NCBI GenBank assembly: GCA_035638115.1
Contig: DASRAN010000074.1
Span: 26,062 to 90,061, forward strand
Direction of reading: 5' to 3'
DNA: 64,000 nucleotides
From: Patescibacteria group bacterium
GTDB lineage: Bacteria > Acidobacteriota > Polarisedimenticolia > Gp22-AA2
Positions within the stretch are counted from its first letter, which is position 1; each line of letters begins with the position of its first letter. The position numbers and the translations under genes were made by a program. This document shows positions 1 through 9,611 of this stretch, piece by piece. The notes beneath the pieces are model-generated. The model was not told where the DNA came from. It saw nothing but the letters and a program-made list of their open reading frames with translations, and did no database searches.

Positions 1-1
1 C

Positions 2-160
2 TGGGGCGGCCGCAGCGGCGTGCGCTCGACGGTCGACAACCCGTCGGTCACCGGCTCGGGCGCCATCTGGGGCGGCGGCCGCTGCTCGATGAGCTCGACC
101 AACGGCACGATCGGCGGGTCGAGCGCCATCTGGGGCGGCGACGGACGCTACCGCCGCTGA
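2..160 (+). CDS. 3' end of a gene entering from the left edge; (A)IWGG-repeat tail typical of some secreted S8 peptidases
   Basis: Frame 2 reads WGGRSGVRSTVDNPSVTGSGAIWGGGRCSMSSTNGTIGGSSAIWGGDGRYRR*, with TGA at 158-160. The S8 assignment is inferred from the WG-repeat tail only. Confidence 0.55.
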   Translation, partial: WGGRSGVRSTVDNPSVTGSGAIWGGGRCSMSSTNGTIGGSSAIWGGDGRYRR

Positions 161-202
161 CCCGGGATCGGCCGCGTACCCTGCAATGCCTCCGACGACT
201 GA

Positions 203-2989
203 TCAGGTGTACTTCGCCACCAGCCTCTGGAAGCGGGGGAACTTCCGGAGCGAAGCCAGCTCGGGATCGATCTTCAGCCCGTTGACGTACGTCCCGGAGG
301 GATACGTCAGGAGCTTCTCCAGGACGTCGCAGGCCGCGTCGAGCTCCCCCACCGCCACGTAGACGCGCGCCAGGGACTCCTGGAAGAACGGGCCGTCGAT
401 CGCGTCAGCCGAAACGGGCACCATGTCGGCCGCCAGCTTCGCCTCCCGCACAGCCTCGTCCTTCCGGCCCAGGCAGGCGAGCGCCAGCGCGAGACCCGAA
501 CGCATCCGCGCGTCCCTCGGACTGGCGGCAATCGCCTTCTCCAGCACCTGGCGTCCCGCCTCGCACGAAGCCTGCGCCCGGGCCCGATCGTTCATGACCA
601 GATAGATGTAGCCCGTCAGCAGCATCTTCGGGCGATAGAGGTTCTGCGTCTCGAGCACTTCGTGAGGGAACTTCTCCATCTCTGCGATCGCGTCCTCGTA
701 GCGGCCGTCGAGCTCGTCCAGGTAGCTCTCGATGCCCGGCAATTCGGGAAATTCCCGCGGGTCGATGTTCTTCACGATCTCGCGCGCCGCGCGGGTGTTC
801 CCCTCGATGTTGACTCTCGAGAACGCGACGCCGACCAGCACGCCGGGGGCATGGGGCGCCAGCGACAGTGCCAGATCGGCAAACCGCAGCGCCTCGGGGA
901 CGCGGCGCTGGAATTCATACGTCTCCCTCATGCCGTCCACCAGCTCGAGCTTCCTCGGATTGAGGGCGTACGCCTTCTCCATCGCCGCGATCGCATCGTC
1001 CCAGCGGCCCTGGCGGCGCATCACGTAGGCCATCGCCTCCAGCGCCTCGGCATCGTCCCCCCGGCCGCCCGCGGCGAGGCGGAACTCCTCCTGCGCCTGC
1101 GCGTAATCCCCCCGCCCCCAGTAGTAGTAATACCCGAGCGCGAGGTGACCCTCCGCCAGGGCGGGTTGCAGCGCGAGCGCCTTGTCGGCGGCCTCCCGCG
1201 CCTTCGCCAGGCGTTCCTCGGTGTAGTCGTACCGGTCGTGGTAGACGTGCGAGTGCGCGTAGGAGAGCGCCGCCCATCCCTGGGCGAACCGCGGATCGAG
1301 CCGCACCGCCTGCTCGAGCAGGCCGGTCCCCTGCATCTCGGCGTCGCGGGACACGAAAGCCGCCGAGAGCATCGCCCGGGCACGCAGGAAAACCTGATAG
1401 GCGTCCAGGTTCTGCGTCGGCTGCGCCCCCCCCGCCGTCCCGCCGGGTTGCTGCACCGCCAGGCCGAGCTTCCCGACGACCTGTCCGGCGATCTCCGACT
1501 GCACCGCGAAGATGTCTTTCATCTCGCGGTCGTAACGGTCGCCCCAGAGCTGGGTGTCGTCCGCGACGCGCACGAGCTGCGGCGTCACCCGCACGCGGCT
1601 GGCGCGTCCGGCGCCGCGATCCCATCGCACCGTCCCGGCGAGCACGTAGTCGACCCCCAGCTCGGCGCCGATCTGCTTCGTCGTCTTGCCGGTCCTGGCG
1701 TACTGCATCGCGCTGTTGCGCGAGATGACCCCCAGCCCGCTCACCGACGCCAGCCGGCTGGTGATCTCCTCCGTCACGCCGTCGGCGAAATAGGCGTCGT
1801 CGGCCGCTCCGAGGTTCTCGAAAGGCAGGACGACGATGCGCTGCCGCCCGTCGGATGATCGCGGGTCGGCGATCGCCGACGCGGCGCCCGGCGCGCCGCC
1901 CGCGGGGGCGGAGCCGGCGGCGGGCGCGACGACCGCGGCACCGCCTCGCCATGCGCGCAGCGCCGCGACTCCCGCCAACGCGAGCACGACGATTGCCGCG
2001 GCCGCCACGACATATTTCATCGCACCGCCGCGCGGGGGGGCCGGCATCGAAGAGGGCGCCGAGATCGAAGGCGCGGTGACCACGCCCGAGCGCGGCGCGC
2101 CGGCCCCGACCGCGGCCAGCTCGCCCGAGTCGAGCAGCTCCTTGACCTCCGTCAGCTCCGTCGACAGCCCGAGGGCGCTCTGGAACCGGCGCGCCGGATC
2201 CTTCGTCAGGCAGCGATTGACGATGCGGCTCAGGTCGCGCGGCAGGGTCGCGTTGATCTGCGTCACCGGCGGCGGGTTCTCCTTCAGGATCGAGGAGAGG
2301 ATCGACATCGCCGTGTCGCCACGGAACGGCTGCCGCCCGGTGCTCATCTCGTAGAGGATGATGCCGAGAGTGAAGACGTCGGAGCGCGGGTCGACCGGCT
2401 TCCCTTCCGCCTGCTCGGGCGACATGTAGGCGACCGTGCCTACGATCCGACCTTCCTCGGTGAGCGCGCGGGTGGGCAGGAGGGAGGCGTCGCCCGGCTT
2501 GCCGAAAAAGGCGCCGACCTTCGCCAGGCCGAAGTCGAGGACCTTGACCCTCCCGTCGCGGCCGAGGATGACGTTCTCCGGCTTCAGGTCGCGGTGGGTG
2601 ATTCCCTGCTGGTGCGCCGCGGCGACCGCCTCCGACAGCGGGATGGCGAGCGCGAGCAATCGATCGAGCGGCAGTCCGCCGCGCGGCAGCGCCTCGCGCA
2701 GGGTCTCCCCTTCGATCAGCTCCATGGTGATGAAGTCGACCCCCTCCGCTTCCTCGACGGAGTAGATGGTCACGATGTTCGGGTGGTTGAGCGCGGCGAT
2801 CGCCTTCGCCTCGCGCTCGAATCGCTGCCGCATCTGCGGGTCGCGGCCGGTTTCCTCGGGCAGCACCTTGAGCGCGACGTGCCGGCCCAGCTTGGCGTCC
2901 TCGGCCTCGTACACTTCCCCCATCCCGCCCGCGCCGAGCTGGCGGAGGATGTGGTAGTGCCCGAGAACCTGGCCGGGCCGCAATGGCAT
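203..2989 (-). CDS. Hanks-type Ser/Thr kinase with TM segment, TolB-N-like domain and TPRs
   Basis: [26 protein letters not shown] and [10 protein letters not shown] motifs, then a hydrophobic helix, IVVLPFENL...[10 protein letters not shown] and TPR-like helices. Start moved to ATG 2989 (MPLRPG), preceded by GAGG. Confidence 0.93.
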   Translation of the reverse strand: MPLRPGQVLGHYHILRQLGAGGMGEVYEAEDAKLGRHVALKVLPEETGRDPQMRQRFEREAKAIAALNHPNIVTIYSVEEAEGVDFITMELIEGETLREALPRGGLPLDRLLALAIPLSEAVAAAHQQGITHRDLKPENVILGRDGRVKVLDFGLAKVGAFFGKPGDASLLPTRALTEEGRIVGTVAYMSPEQAEGKPVDPRSDVFTLGIILYEMSTGRQPFRGDTAMSILSSILKENPPPVTQINATLPRDLSRIVNRCLTKDPARRFQSALGLSTELTEVKELLDSGELAAVGAGAPRSGVVTAPSISAPSSMPAPPRGGAMKYVVAAAAIVVLALAGVAALRAWRGGAAVVAPAAGSAPAGGAPGAASAIADPRSSDGRQRIVVLPFENLGAADDAYFADGVTEEITSRLASVSGLGVISRNSAMQYARTGKTTKQIGAELGVDYVLAGTVRWDRGAGRASRVRVTPQLVRVADDTQLWGDRYDREMKDIFAVQSEIAGQVVGKLGLAVQQPGGTAGGAQPTQNLDAYQVFLRARAMLSAAFVSRDAEMQGTGLLEQAVRLDPRFAQGWAALSYAHSHVYHDRYDYTEERLAKAREAADKALALQPALAEGHLALGYYYYWGRGDYAQAQEEFRLAAGGRGDDAEALEAMAYVMRRQGRWDDAIAAMEKAYALNPRKLELVDGMRETYEFQRRVPEALRFADLALSLAPHAPGVLVGVAFSRVNIEGNTRAAREIVKNIDPREFPELPGIESYLDELDGRYEDAIAEMEKFPHEVLETQNLYRPKMLLTGYIYLVMNDRARAQASCEAGRQVLEKAIAASPRDARMRSGLALALACLGRKDEAVREAKLAADMVPVSADAIDGPFFQESLARVYVAVGELDAACDVLEKLLTYPSGTYVNGLKIDPELASLRKFPRFQRLVAKYT

Positions 2990-3012
2990 GGCACCCTCGC
3001 GCGACGGCTGGG

Positions 3013-3048
3013 ATTCTATCCCGCCGATAGCGGGGCGTGTGCTATGGT
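3013..3048. promoter_or_regulatory. Candidate divergent sigma70-type -10 elements for the kinase and ygiD
   Basis: TAGAAT on the - strand (3013-3018), extended -10-like TGcTATGGT on the + strand (3040-3048), and a short inverted repeat CTATC-N5-GATAG (3016-3030). Confidence 0.3.
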
Positions 3049-3086
3049 CGCTCTCCCGCTCCGCGCGATCGACCGGAGGGACCTCG

Positions 3087-3875
3087 ATGACCCAGACCCT
3101 GCCCGCCGTCTTCCTCGGGCACGGCAACCCGATGAACGCCCTCGCGGACAACGATTACACGCGCGGCTGGCGCCGGCTCGGTTCGACGTGGCCCCGACCC
3201 AAGGCGATCCTCGCGATCTCGGCTCACTGGTTCGTCCCCGCGACCGGGGTCACGGTCGCGACCGCGCCGAGAACGATTCACGACTTCGGCGGGTTTCCAC
3301 GCGAGCTGTACGAGGTGCAGTACCCGGCGCCGGGCGATCCCGACCTCGCGCGGCGCGTGCAGCGGATGCTCGCGCCGCTGTCCGTCGCGCTCGACGTCTC
3401 CTGGGGTCTCGATCACGGCACCTGGTCGGTGCTCCGGCACGTCTATCCGGAGGCGGACGTGCCGGTTGTGCAGCTCAGCATCGACGAGTCGCGGCCGGCG
3501 GCGTTCCACTTCGAGATCGGCCGGCGTCTCGCGCCGCTGCGCGGTGAAGGGATCCTGATTCTGGGCAGCGGCAACCTGGTGCACAACCTGCACGCCTACG
3601 CCTGGGGCCGGCACCTGCCCGAGCCGTACGACTGGGCGGTGCGCTTCGAGCAGAAGGCGCGGCAGATGATGCTCGCGGACGACGTCGCGCCGCTGGTCGC
3701 CTACGAGACGCTGGGCCCCGACGCGCTCCTGTCGATCCCGACGCCGGATCACTACCTGCCGCTGCTCTACGTTCTTGGCGCGCGCCAGGCCGGCGAGGCG
3801 ATCGCCTTCCCGATCGAGGGAGTCGACGGCGGGTCGATCTCCATGCTGGCCGTCGAGGCGGGCGCGTCCCGGTAG
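3087..3875 (+). CDS. ygiD: 4,5-DOPA extradiol dioxygenase (LigB/YgiD family)
   Basis: FLGHGNPMN, ISAHW, TIHDFGGFP, GLDHGTW, GSGNLVHNL and PTPDHYLPL motifs. GGAGG RBS before ATG 3087. Confidence 0.92.
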   Translation: MTQTLPAVFLGHGNPMNALADNDYTRGWRRLGSTWPRPKAILAISAHWFVPATGVTVATAPRTIHDFGGFPRELYEVQYPAPGDPDLARRVQRMLAPLSVALDVSWGLDHGTWSVLRHVYPEADVPVVQLSIDESRPAAFHFEIGRRLAPLRGEGILILGSGNLVHNLHAYAWGRHLPEPYDWAVRFEQKARQMMLADDVAPLVAYETLGPDALLSIPTPDHYLPLLYVLGARQAGEAIAFPIEGVDGGSISMLAVEAGASR

Positions 3876-3897
3876 ACCGGCCGACCGCCGCGCCGGT

Positions 3898-6699
3898 CTA
3901 TCCCCGGGAGCCCGCGTTCGCCCGCCGGTCGCGGCGCGCGTGCAGGTCCGCGAGGTTGCGCGCCACCCCGGGCAGGAGGACCGGCGCCGCCTTCTCCAGG
4001 AGCCCGCGCGCCTCGACGAGCGCGGCCTCCGCTTCGTCGTACCGGCCCAGACCCGTCAGGCACCGGCCATAGGCGCTCAGGGCGCGGCCCCGGAGGCGAT
4101 GCGTGGGCGGCAGGACGCGGCGGACGGAGGCCAGGGCCTGGCCGAGCAGCCGCTCCGCCTCCTCGAGCCGGCCCTGGCTGGTCCGCAGATCGCCGAGACC
4201 CACCACGGCGCCCAGGGTGATCGGGTGATCCGGCCCCAGCGCCTTGCCCGCACGCTCGACGGACTCCCGGAACAGCGCCTCCGCCCCGGCGAGCTCGAGC
4301 TCGTCGTGCAGGACGGACGCCAGCCCCTCCATGGAATCGAGCGTGTCCTGGTGGTCGTCGCCGAGCGTGCGGCGCCGGGTCGCCAGACAGCTCCGGTGGC
4401 TCGCTTCCGCCTCCCGCAGCTTCCCCTGCGCCGATTCCAGGTTGGCCATCGCGTTGAGCGCGCTGAGCGTGCGCGGATGCTCGGGGCCGAGAACGCGCCG
4501 GCACCCGTCCAGCGCCTCGCGCAGGCTGGTCTCCGCTTCGGGGAGCCTGCCGGAATCGCGCAGGAACTGCCCGAGGTTGAGGACCGACAGGAGCGTCAGC
4601 CGGTGATCGTTGCCGAGCACGCGACGGCGCGTCGCCAGCGCCTCGCGCCAGAGCGGCTCGGCTTCCGCCAGCTTCCCCTCAGCGCCGAGCACCAGCGCCA
4701 GGTTGTTGATCGCCGTGAGCGTTTGCGGATGATCGTCGCCGATCGTCCGGCGGCACGCGTCGAGGACTTCCCGCGCGTACGGCTCGGCCTCCGCCGGCCG
4801 GCCGAGATCCTGGAGGAGCAGGCCGAGGTTGTTCAGAGACGTGAGGATCTCCGGATCGTCCGGGCTCAGCGTTCGCCGCTCGCCATCGAGCGCCTCGCGC
4901 AGGTAGGTCTCCGCTTCCCTGAGCTTGTCCTCCTGCTGCAGGAGGAGACCGAGGTTGTTGGCCGCCACCAGGGTGTCGATGTGGTCCACGCCGAGGCCGG
5001 CGCGGCGCCCCGCCAGGACAGCGCGGAAACCGGCCTCCGCTTCGCCGAGCTTTCCCTGATCCTGGAGAAGGGTGGCCAGGGCGCTCATGGAGTCCAGGGT
5101 CTCGGGGTCGGCCGCTCCCAGCGCGCCGCGCCGCAGCGAGAGCGAGGTTTCCAGAAGCGGCCGCGCCGAGGCCTCGAGACCCAGGCTCTGATAGACCTCT
5201 CCCAAGGTCAGCAGGAGCTTCGCCCGGACCAGCGGCTCGTCCTTCATCTCGGCGTCGATCTTCGCCGCGCCGCGATCGAGGATCTCGCGTGCGGTGACCG
5301 TGCTGCCGCGGGCCTCGCTGGGATCCGAGACCTCGAACAGCTCGGCCAGGAAGCTCAGCGTCCGGTTCGCGGTGGCGGCCTCCCGGTTGGCGCGGTCCCG
5401 CTCGCGGGCGATGCGCTGCGATTGCAGCGCCATGGCCAGGCCGAAGCCGGCCAGGCCGATCACCGCGAGCGTGGCGAAGGCGACGCCGACGCGATGCCGG
5501 CGCACGAACTTGCGAGCCCGGTATCCGACGCCGGGCGGACCGGCCAGAACGGGCAGGTGATCGAGATGGCGGCCGATGTCGGCGGCGAGCTCCGCCGGCG
5601 AACCGTAACGTCGCGCACGATCCTTCTCGAGCGCCTTCATCACGATCCAGTCGAGCTCCCCCTTCACCTGGCGCCGCAGCGTGATCGCATCCACCCGCCG
5701 GCGGGCCGCCTTTTCGGTGGCGGCGGCCTCCACGAGGCCGCCGAGGCGCGCGCTGGGCGTCCTGGGCTCCTCCTCGCGAATGCGGCGGCGGACGTCGTCG
5801 AGACCTCCCCGGCGCAACTCCCCGGCGTCGAACGGCAGCACCCCGACGAGCAGCTCGTACAACATCACGCCCAGGGAATAGACGTCGGTCCGCGTGTCGA
5901 CGTCCTCGCCCGACAGGTCGGCCTGCTCGGGGCTCATGTACTCGGGGGTGCCGATCATCGCGCCGAGGGCCGTGGCCAGGGTGCGCTCTGTGAGGCGCTG
6001 CGCCGTCGCCTTGGCCACCCCGAAATCGATGATCTTCGGGACCGGTTTCCCGTCCTGCAGGGTCACCAGCACGTTCGAGGGCTTCAGATCGCGATGGATC
6101 ACCGCTTTCTGGTGGGCGTGCTGGACGCCGTCGCACGCCAGCCTGAACAGCCCGAGTCGCTCGCTCGTGGTCAGACGCTGCCGATCGCAGTGCTCGTTGA
6201 TGGCGACTCCGCGGACGTACTCCATGGCGAAGTACGGACGGCCCTGCGGCGTCGAGCCGGCCTCGAACACCTTGGCGACCGCGGGGTGATCCATCAGGGC
6301 GAGCGCCTGGCGCTCGGCCTCGAACCGGGCGACGACCTGCGCCGTGTCCATGCCGCTCTTGATGACCTTGATCGCCACCTGCCGGCGCACCGGCTCCTGC
6401 TGATCGGCGAGCCAGACCTCGCCCATCCCGCCCTCGCCCAGCGGGGCGATCAGGGTGTAGGGGCCCAGCGTCTGGCCAGCCTGTGCCGCCGGGGACGGCG
6501 GCTCGACCGGCGCGGCCAGGAACTGCTCCCGTTGCAGCGCGCGGTGCTCCTCGAGGAGGGACTCGAGATCGGCGGCGAGGTCGGGATCGCCGGCGCGCAG
6601 CTCGCTCAGCCGAACGGCGCGCTCCGGGTCCGGCAGGTCCAGGATCGCGTCGAGGTGGGTGTTGAGCGTGCGCCAGCGCTCGGGGGTGAATTTTTTCAT
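3898..6699 (-). CDS. Ser/Thr protein kinase with TM helix and kinesin-light-chain-type TPR array
   Basis: GEGGMGEV, VAIK, HRDLKPSN, DFGVAK and GTPEYMSPEQ motifs, plus repeated LG.DHP.TL...NNL units. Confidence 0.95.
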   Translation of the reverse strand: MKKFTPERWRTLNTHLDAILDLPDPERAVRLSELRAGDPDLAADLESLLEEHRALQREQFLAAPVEPPSPAAQAGQTLGPYTLIAPLGEGGMGEVWLADQQEPVRRQVAIKVIKSGMDTAQVVARFEAERQALALMDHPAVAKVFEAGSTPQGRPYFAMEYVRGVAINEHCDRQRLTTSERLGLFRLACDGVQHAHQKAVIHRDLKPSNVLVTLQDGKPVPKIIDFGVAKATAQRLTERTLATALGAMIGTPEYMSPEQADLSGEDVDTRTDVYSLGVMLYELLVGVLPFDAGELRRGGLDDVRRRIREEEPRTPSARLGGLVEAAATEKAARRRVDAITLRRQVKGELDWIVMKALEKDRARRYGSPAELAADIGRHLDHLPVLAGPPGVGYRARKFVRRHRVGVAFATLAVIGLAGFGLAMALQSQRIARERDRANREAATANRTLSFLAELFEVSDPSEARGSTVTAREILDRGAAKIDAEMKDEPLVRAKLLLTLGEVYQSLGLEASARPLLETSLSLRRGALGAADPETLDSMSALATLLQDQGKLGEAEAGFRAVLAGRRAGLGVDHIDTLVAANNLGLLLQQEDKLREAETYLREALDGERRTLSPDDPEILTSLNNLGLLLQDLGRPAEAEPYAREVLDACRRTIGDDHPQTLTAINNLALVLGAEGKLAEAEPLWREALATRRRVLGNDHRLTLLSVLNLGQFLRDSGRLPEAETSLREALDGCRRVLGPEHPRTLSALNAMANLESAQGKLREAEASHRSCLATRRRTLGDDHQDTLDSMEGLASVLHDELELAGAEALFRESVERAGKALGPDHPITLGAVVGLGDLRTSQGRLEEAERLLGQALASVRRVLPPTHRLRGRALSAYGRCLTGLGRYDEAEAALVEARGLLEKAAPVLLPGVARNLADLHARRDRRANAGSRG

Positions 6700-6706
6700 C
6701 GGCGCC

Positions 6707-7273
6707 TTACGCCAGCAGATCGCCCCGGATGTTGCGGTGCAGATAGATGCGCGCCTTCTCCCACTGCCGCTGCACGGTGCGCTCCGAGAGGCCCCGCATG
6801 GCGGCGATCTCGGCGAACGAGAAACCGCAGAAGAACTTCAGATCGACGACCTGGGCGAGGGAGGCGTCCACCTTCGCCAGCTCGTCCAGCGCTTCGCTGA
6901 TGCGGAGCAGCTCGCCTTCGTCGGCGAGGTTGTCGGCCACGCTGGTGTCGATGGCGGTGATCTCGATCCGGCCGCCGCGCTTGAGCGCGTGGCGGCTGCG
7001 GGCGTGATCGATGATCACCCCGCGCATGACCCGTGCCGCGTAACCCATGAACCGCGGCGGGTCGGGAAACTGCAGGCCGTCCCGCGCGACGATGTCGATG
7101 TAGGCCTGATGAAGCAGGGTCGTGGCGCCGAGGCTGGGCGGTCCGCCGTGCCGGGCCAGCTCCTTGCGGGCCAGCCGGTGCAGCTCGGAGTAGAGAGCCG
7201 CGAACAGAGCGTCCGCGGCGGGCGCCTCGCCCCGGTCGGCCGCCTCCATCAGCGACGATATGGTCGGTTCCAT
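6707..7273 (-). CDS. ECF sigma factor, ECF43/TIGR02999-like (kinase-associated)
   Basis: LYSELHRLA, SLGATTLLHQAY, AARVMRGVIIDHAR...KRGG and LKFFCGFSFAEIA...ERTVQRQW. Lies 7 nt upstream of the kinase gene. Start moved to ATG 7273. Confidence 0.9.
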   Translation of the reverse strand: MEPTISSLMEAADRGEAPAADALFAALYSELHRLARKELARHGGPPSLGATTLLHQAYIDIVARDGLQFPDPPRFMGYAARVMRGVIIDHARSRHALKRGGRIEITAIDTSVADNLADEGELLRISEALDELAKVDASLAQVVDLKFFCGFSFAEIAAMRGLSERTVQRQWEKARIYLHRNIRGDLLA

Positions 7274-7460
7274 GAGCCGTCGGCTCCTTGCAACTCCACG
7301 ACAGGCGGGCACTTGTGCCGATACTAGGACAGAGCGGCCCCGGGTGTCCATCGCACCCCCGGGAGCCCCGCACAACCCCGCGTGTCGGGTTCGGACGGCC
7401 GAATCCGATCTTCCGGTCAAGAGACGCTCGATTCAACGCCGCGTCCTCGGAGACCCGAAC

Positions 7461-9557
7461 ATGAAACGCGCCTGCAGACCCCTGACCGCCTTGATCGTCC
7501 TGGCCGCCTCCGTTTCGATGAGCCTGGCCTACACCAAGCCGACCACCTACCACAAGTTTCAGCTCGAATGCACCGATCTCTTGGATCCGTCGACCTGCTT
7601 CATCAAGGTGCCGGGCCGAATCGTGCTCGAGACCCAGATCCCCCGCTCCCCGCACACCTGGGTGATTTCGAAGGCCCTCGACCTGATCCAGAGGGACGGG
7701 TACCTGTCCGAGGCGGCGCTGGCGAAGAAGTACCTGCTGCCGATGTACGAAGGGGTCACCTTCAACGACGTGTGGGGTGACGCCGACCTCGCGGGCGCGT
7801 CGGTGCTCGACTACTACATTCCGGATTCACCGCAGACCGATTACGGCTACGGCTGCGCACTCGACGGCTTCGCCTACGCTCCCTACAAGAACTGCACGAA
7901 TTCCTACACGGCCGTGATCGACAACCAGCCCATCTTCTTCGTCGGATTCGATCAACACCCGTTCTACGGCTACGGGAACGCGGCCGAGCATGCGCAATTC
8001 CGCTACGACTACGCCCGGCGCATTTACGCCGGCGCGTGGGGCGCGGACGTCCGCGACCTGATGGGTGGCTGGGTGATCGACAATCTCGGGGTCGTCGGTC
8101 CGGGGCAGGACGACCCGTTCGACGGACGCTGGGCCCGCGGCGCGTGCGGGATCCACCACGCGACCTCCCCCGACGGCACGCAGTCGCGCTTCGGCGTGCC
8201 CCCCGCCGACGCGCTGGGCGACCTCTTCCTGAACCACACCAAGGTCGACGTCATGTTTCCCACCGAGACCGACGAGAACCTGTCGACCTTCCACGTCCCG
8301 GACGACGACGTCATGCGCCTCCAGGGAGACTGGCTCGACTCGCATTTCGGCGACGCCGACACCGTCGAGGCCTACGTCGGCTGGGACGGGGTCGACAACG
8401 CGGTCTACGCGAACTGGACCATGGACGCCAGCGGTCATTGCGGCGGTAACGACGACTGCGCTGCTCCCATGGTGGTCCGTCTCCCGGTGAACTCGAAGGC
8501 GCACGCGTTCTTCAATCTGGGCTGGGCCATCCACCTGCTCGAGGACAACACCACGCCCGTGCACACCATCAACGGCAGCTTCGAGACCTTTCAAATCCAC
8601 AACGACGTCGAGACACTGGCCGACTACGCGATCGCCGACGCGACCGTCACGGCCGGGTACGTCCGGAACCTGATCCCCGCCGACACCACGGCTGATTTCA
8701 CGCGCATCTACGATTGGCCGCCGACACCGGGGGGCGACGACAACTGCCCCGACAAGGCGCCGGTCAACCCGTCCTTCTCCTTCCAGCCGCGCCGGTACGC
8801 CGACAGCCTGCCGCGCATGAGCGGCGAGGGCGTGGCGCACGCCTACACCCGGGACCTGGCGGAGATCGCGCACCTGTCCTACCCCTACGTCCATTGCATC
8901 GACACCGAGCGGGATCACAACTGGCCGTCGATGGGCTTCTTCACGGCGCAGGGACTCGACAACGCCGTCAAGGCGACCGCCGGATTGATCCGCCAGTTCA
9001 TCGAGGACGTCGACAAGACGGCGCCGACGGTGGCCATCAGCCAGCCGGCGGCGACGACCTATCCCCACAGCGGGACGCTGACCCTCCAGTATTCCGATCC
9101 GATCGACGACGAGTCCGGGGTCAAGTCGTTCACGGCGACGCTCGACGGGACGACCAGCGTCAACGGTCACCCGATCCTCAGCGGTCTGGTGATCAATCTG
9201 CTCACCGATCTCCGGACGGGGGATCACACCCTCGCGCTGGCTGCGACCGACAACGCCGGCAACGTCGCGGCGCCGTCGGTGACCTTCACGGTGATCGTGA
9301 CGCCGGCCAGCATCATGGACGACGTCGCGTACTTCCTCTCGACTCACGACATCACGGTCAACAACGAGGCGAACTCGCTGCTGCAGAAGCTCCGGGCGGG
9401 CGCGGCCTACCGGGCGGCGGGCGACTGCAGGAACGCGAATGAGGTCTACCAGTCGTTCATCGCCGAGCTCGTCGCGCAGAGCGGCAAGAAGGTGAGCGCG
9501 CCCGCGGCCGCGATCATGATCGCCGACGCCCAGTACCTGATCGCCCACTGTCCGTAG
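7461..9557 (+). CDS. Secreted Zn-dependent phospholipase C/P1-nuclease-like protein with Ig-like and FIMAH-like C-terminal domains
   Basis: Signal peptide MKRACRPLTALIVLAASVSMSLA; FNLGWAIHLLEDNTTPVH...IHNDVE metal motif; DKTAPTV...ATDNAGN Ig-like segment; NSLLQKL...AQSGKK tail. Confidence 0.65.
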   Translation: MKRACRPLTALIVLAASVSMSLAYTKPTTYHKFQLECTDLLDPSTCFIKVPGRIVLETQIPRSPHTWVISKALDLIQRDGYLSEAALAKKYLLPMYEGVTFNDVWGDADLAGASVLDYYIPDSPQTDYGYGCALDGFAYAPYKNCTNSYTAVIDNQPIFFVGFDQHPFYGYGNAAEHAQFRYDYARRIYAGAWGADVRDLMGGWVIDNLGVVGPGQDDPFDGRWARGACGIHHATSPDGTQSRFGVPPADALGDLFLNHTKVDVMFPTETDENLSTFHVPDDDVMRLQGDWLDSHFGDADTVEAYVGWDGVDNAVYANWTMDASGHCGGNDDCAAPMVVRLPVNSKAHAFFNLGWAIHLLEDNTTPVHTINGSFETFQIHNDVETLADYAIADATVTAGYVRNLIPADTTADFTRIYDWPPTPGGDDNCPDKAPVNPSFSFQPRRYADSLPRMSGEGVAHAYTRDLAEIAHLSYPYVHCIDTERDHNWPSMGFFTAQGLDNAVKATAGLIRQFIEDVDKTAPTVAISQPAATTYPHSGTLTLQYSDPIDDESGVKSFTATLDGTTSVNGHPILSGLVINLLTDLRTGDHTLALAATDNAGNVAAPSVTFTVIVTPASIMDDVAYFLSTHDITVNNEANSLLQKLRAGAAYRAAGDCRNANEVYQSFIAELVAQSGKKVSAPAAAIMIADAQYLIAHCP

Positions 9558-9611
9558 GACCGGCGCTGCGGGCCGTGCACCGTCCCGCGGGGCCGGATCA
9601 CGCGGTGACTG

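Noticed and set aside
4100-5200. Roughly 126-nt periodicity
   Set aside because: Explained by the 42-aa TPR repeats of the kinase.
3775-6900. 1041-aa + strand ORF
   Set aside because: Antisense shadow of the kinase and sigma genes. High GC suppresses stop codons and there are no motifs.
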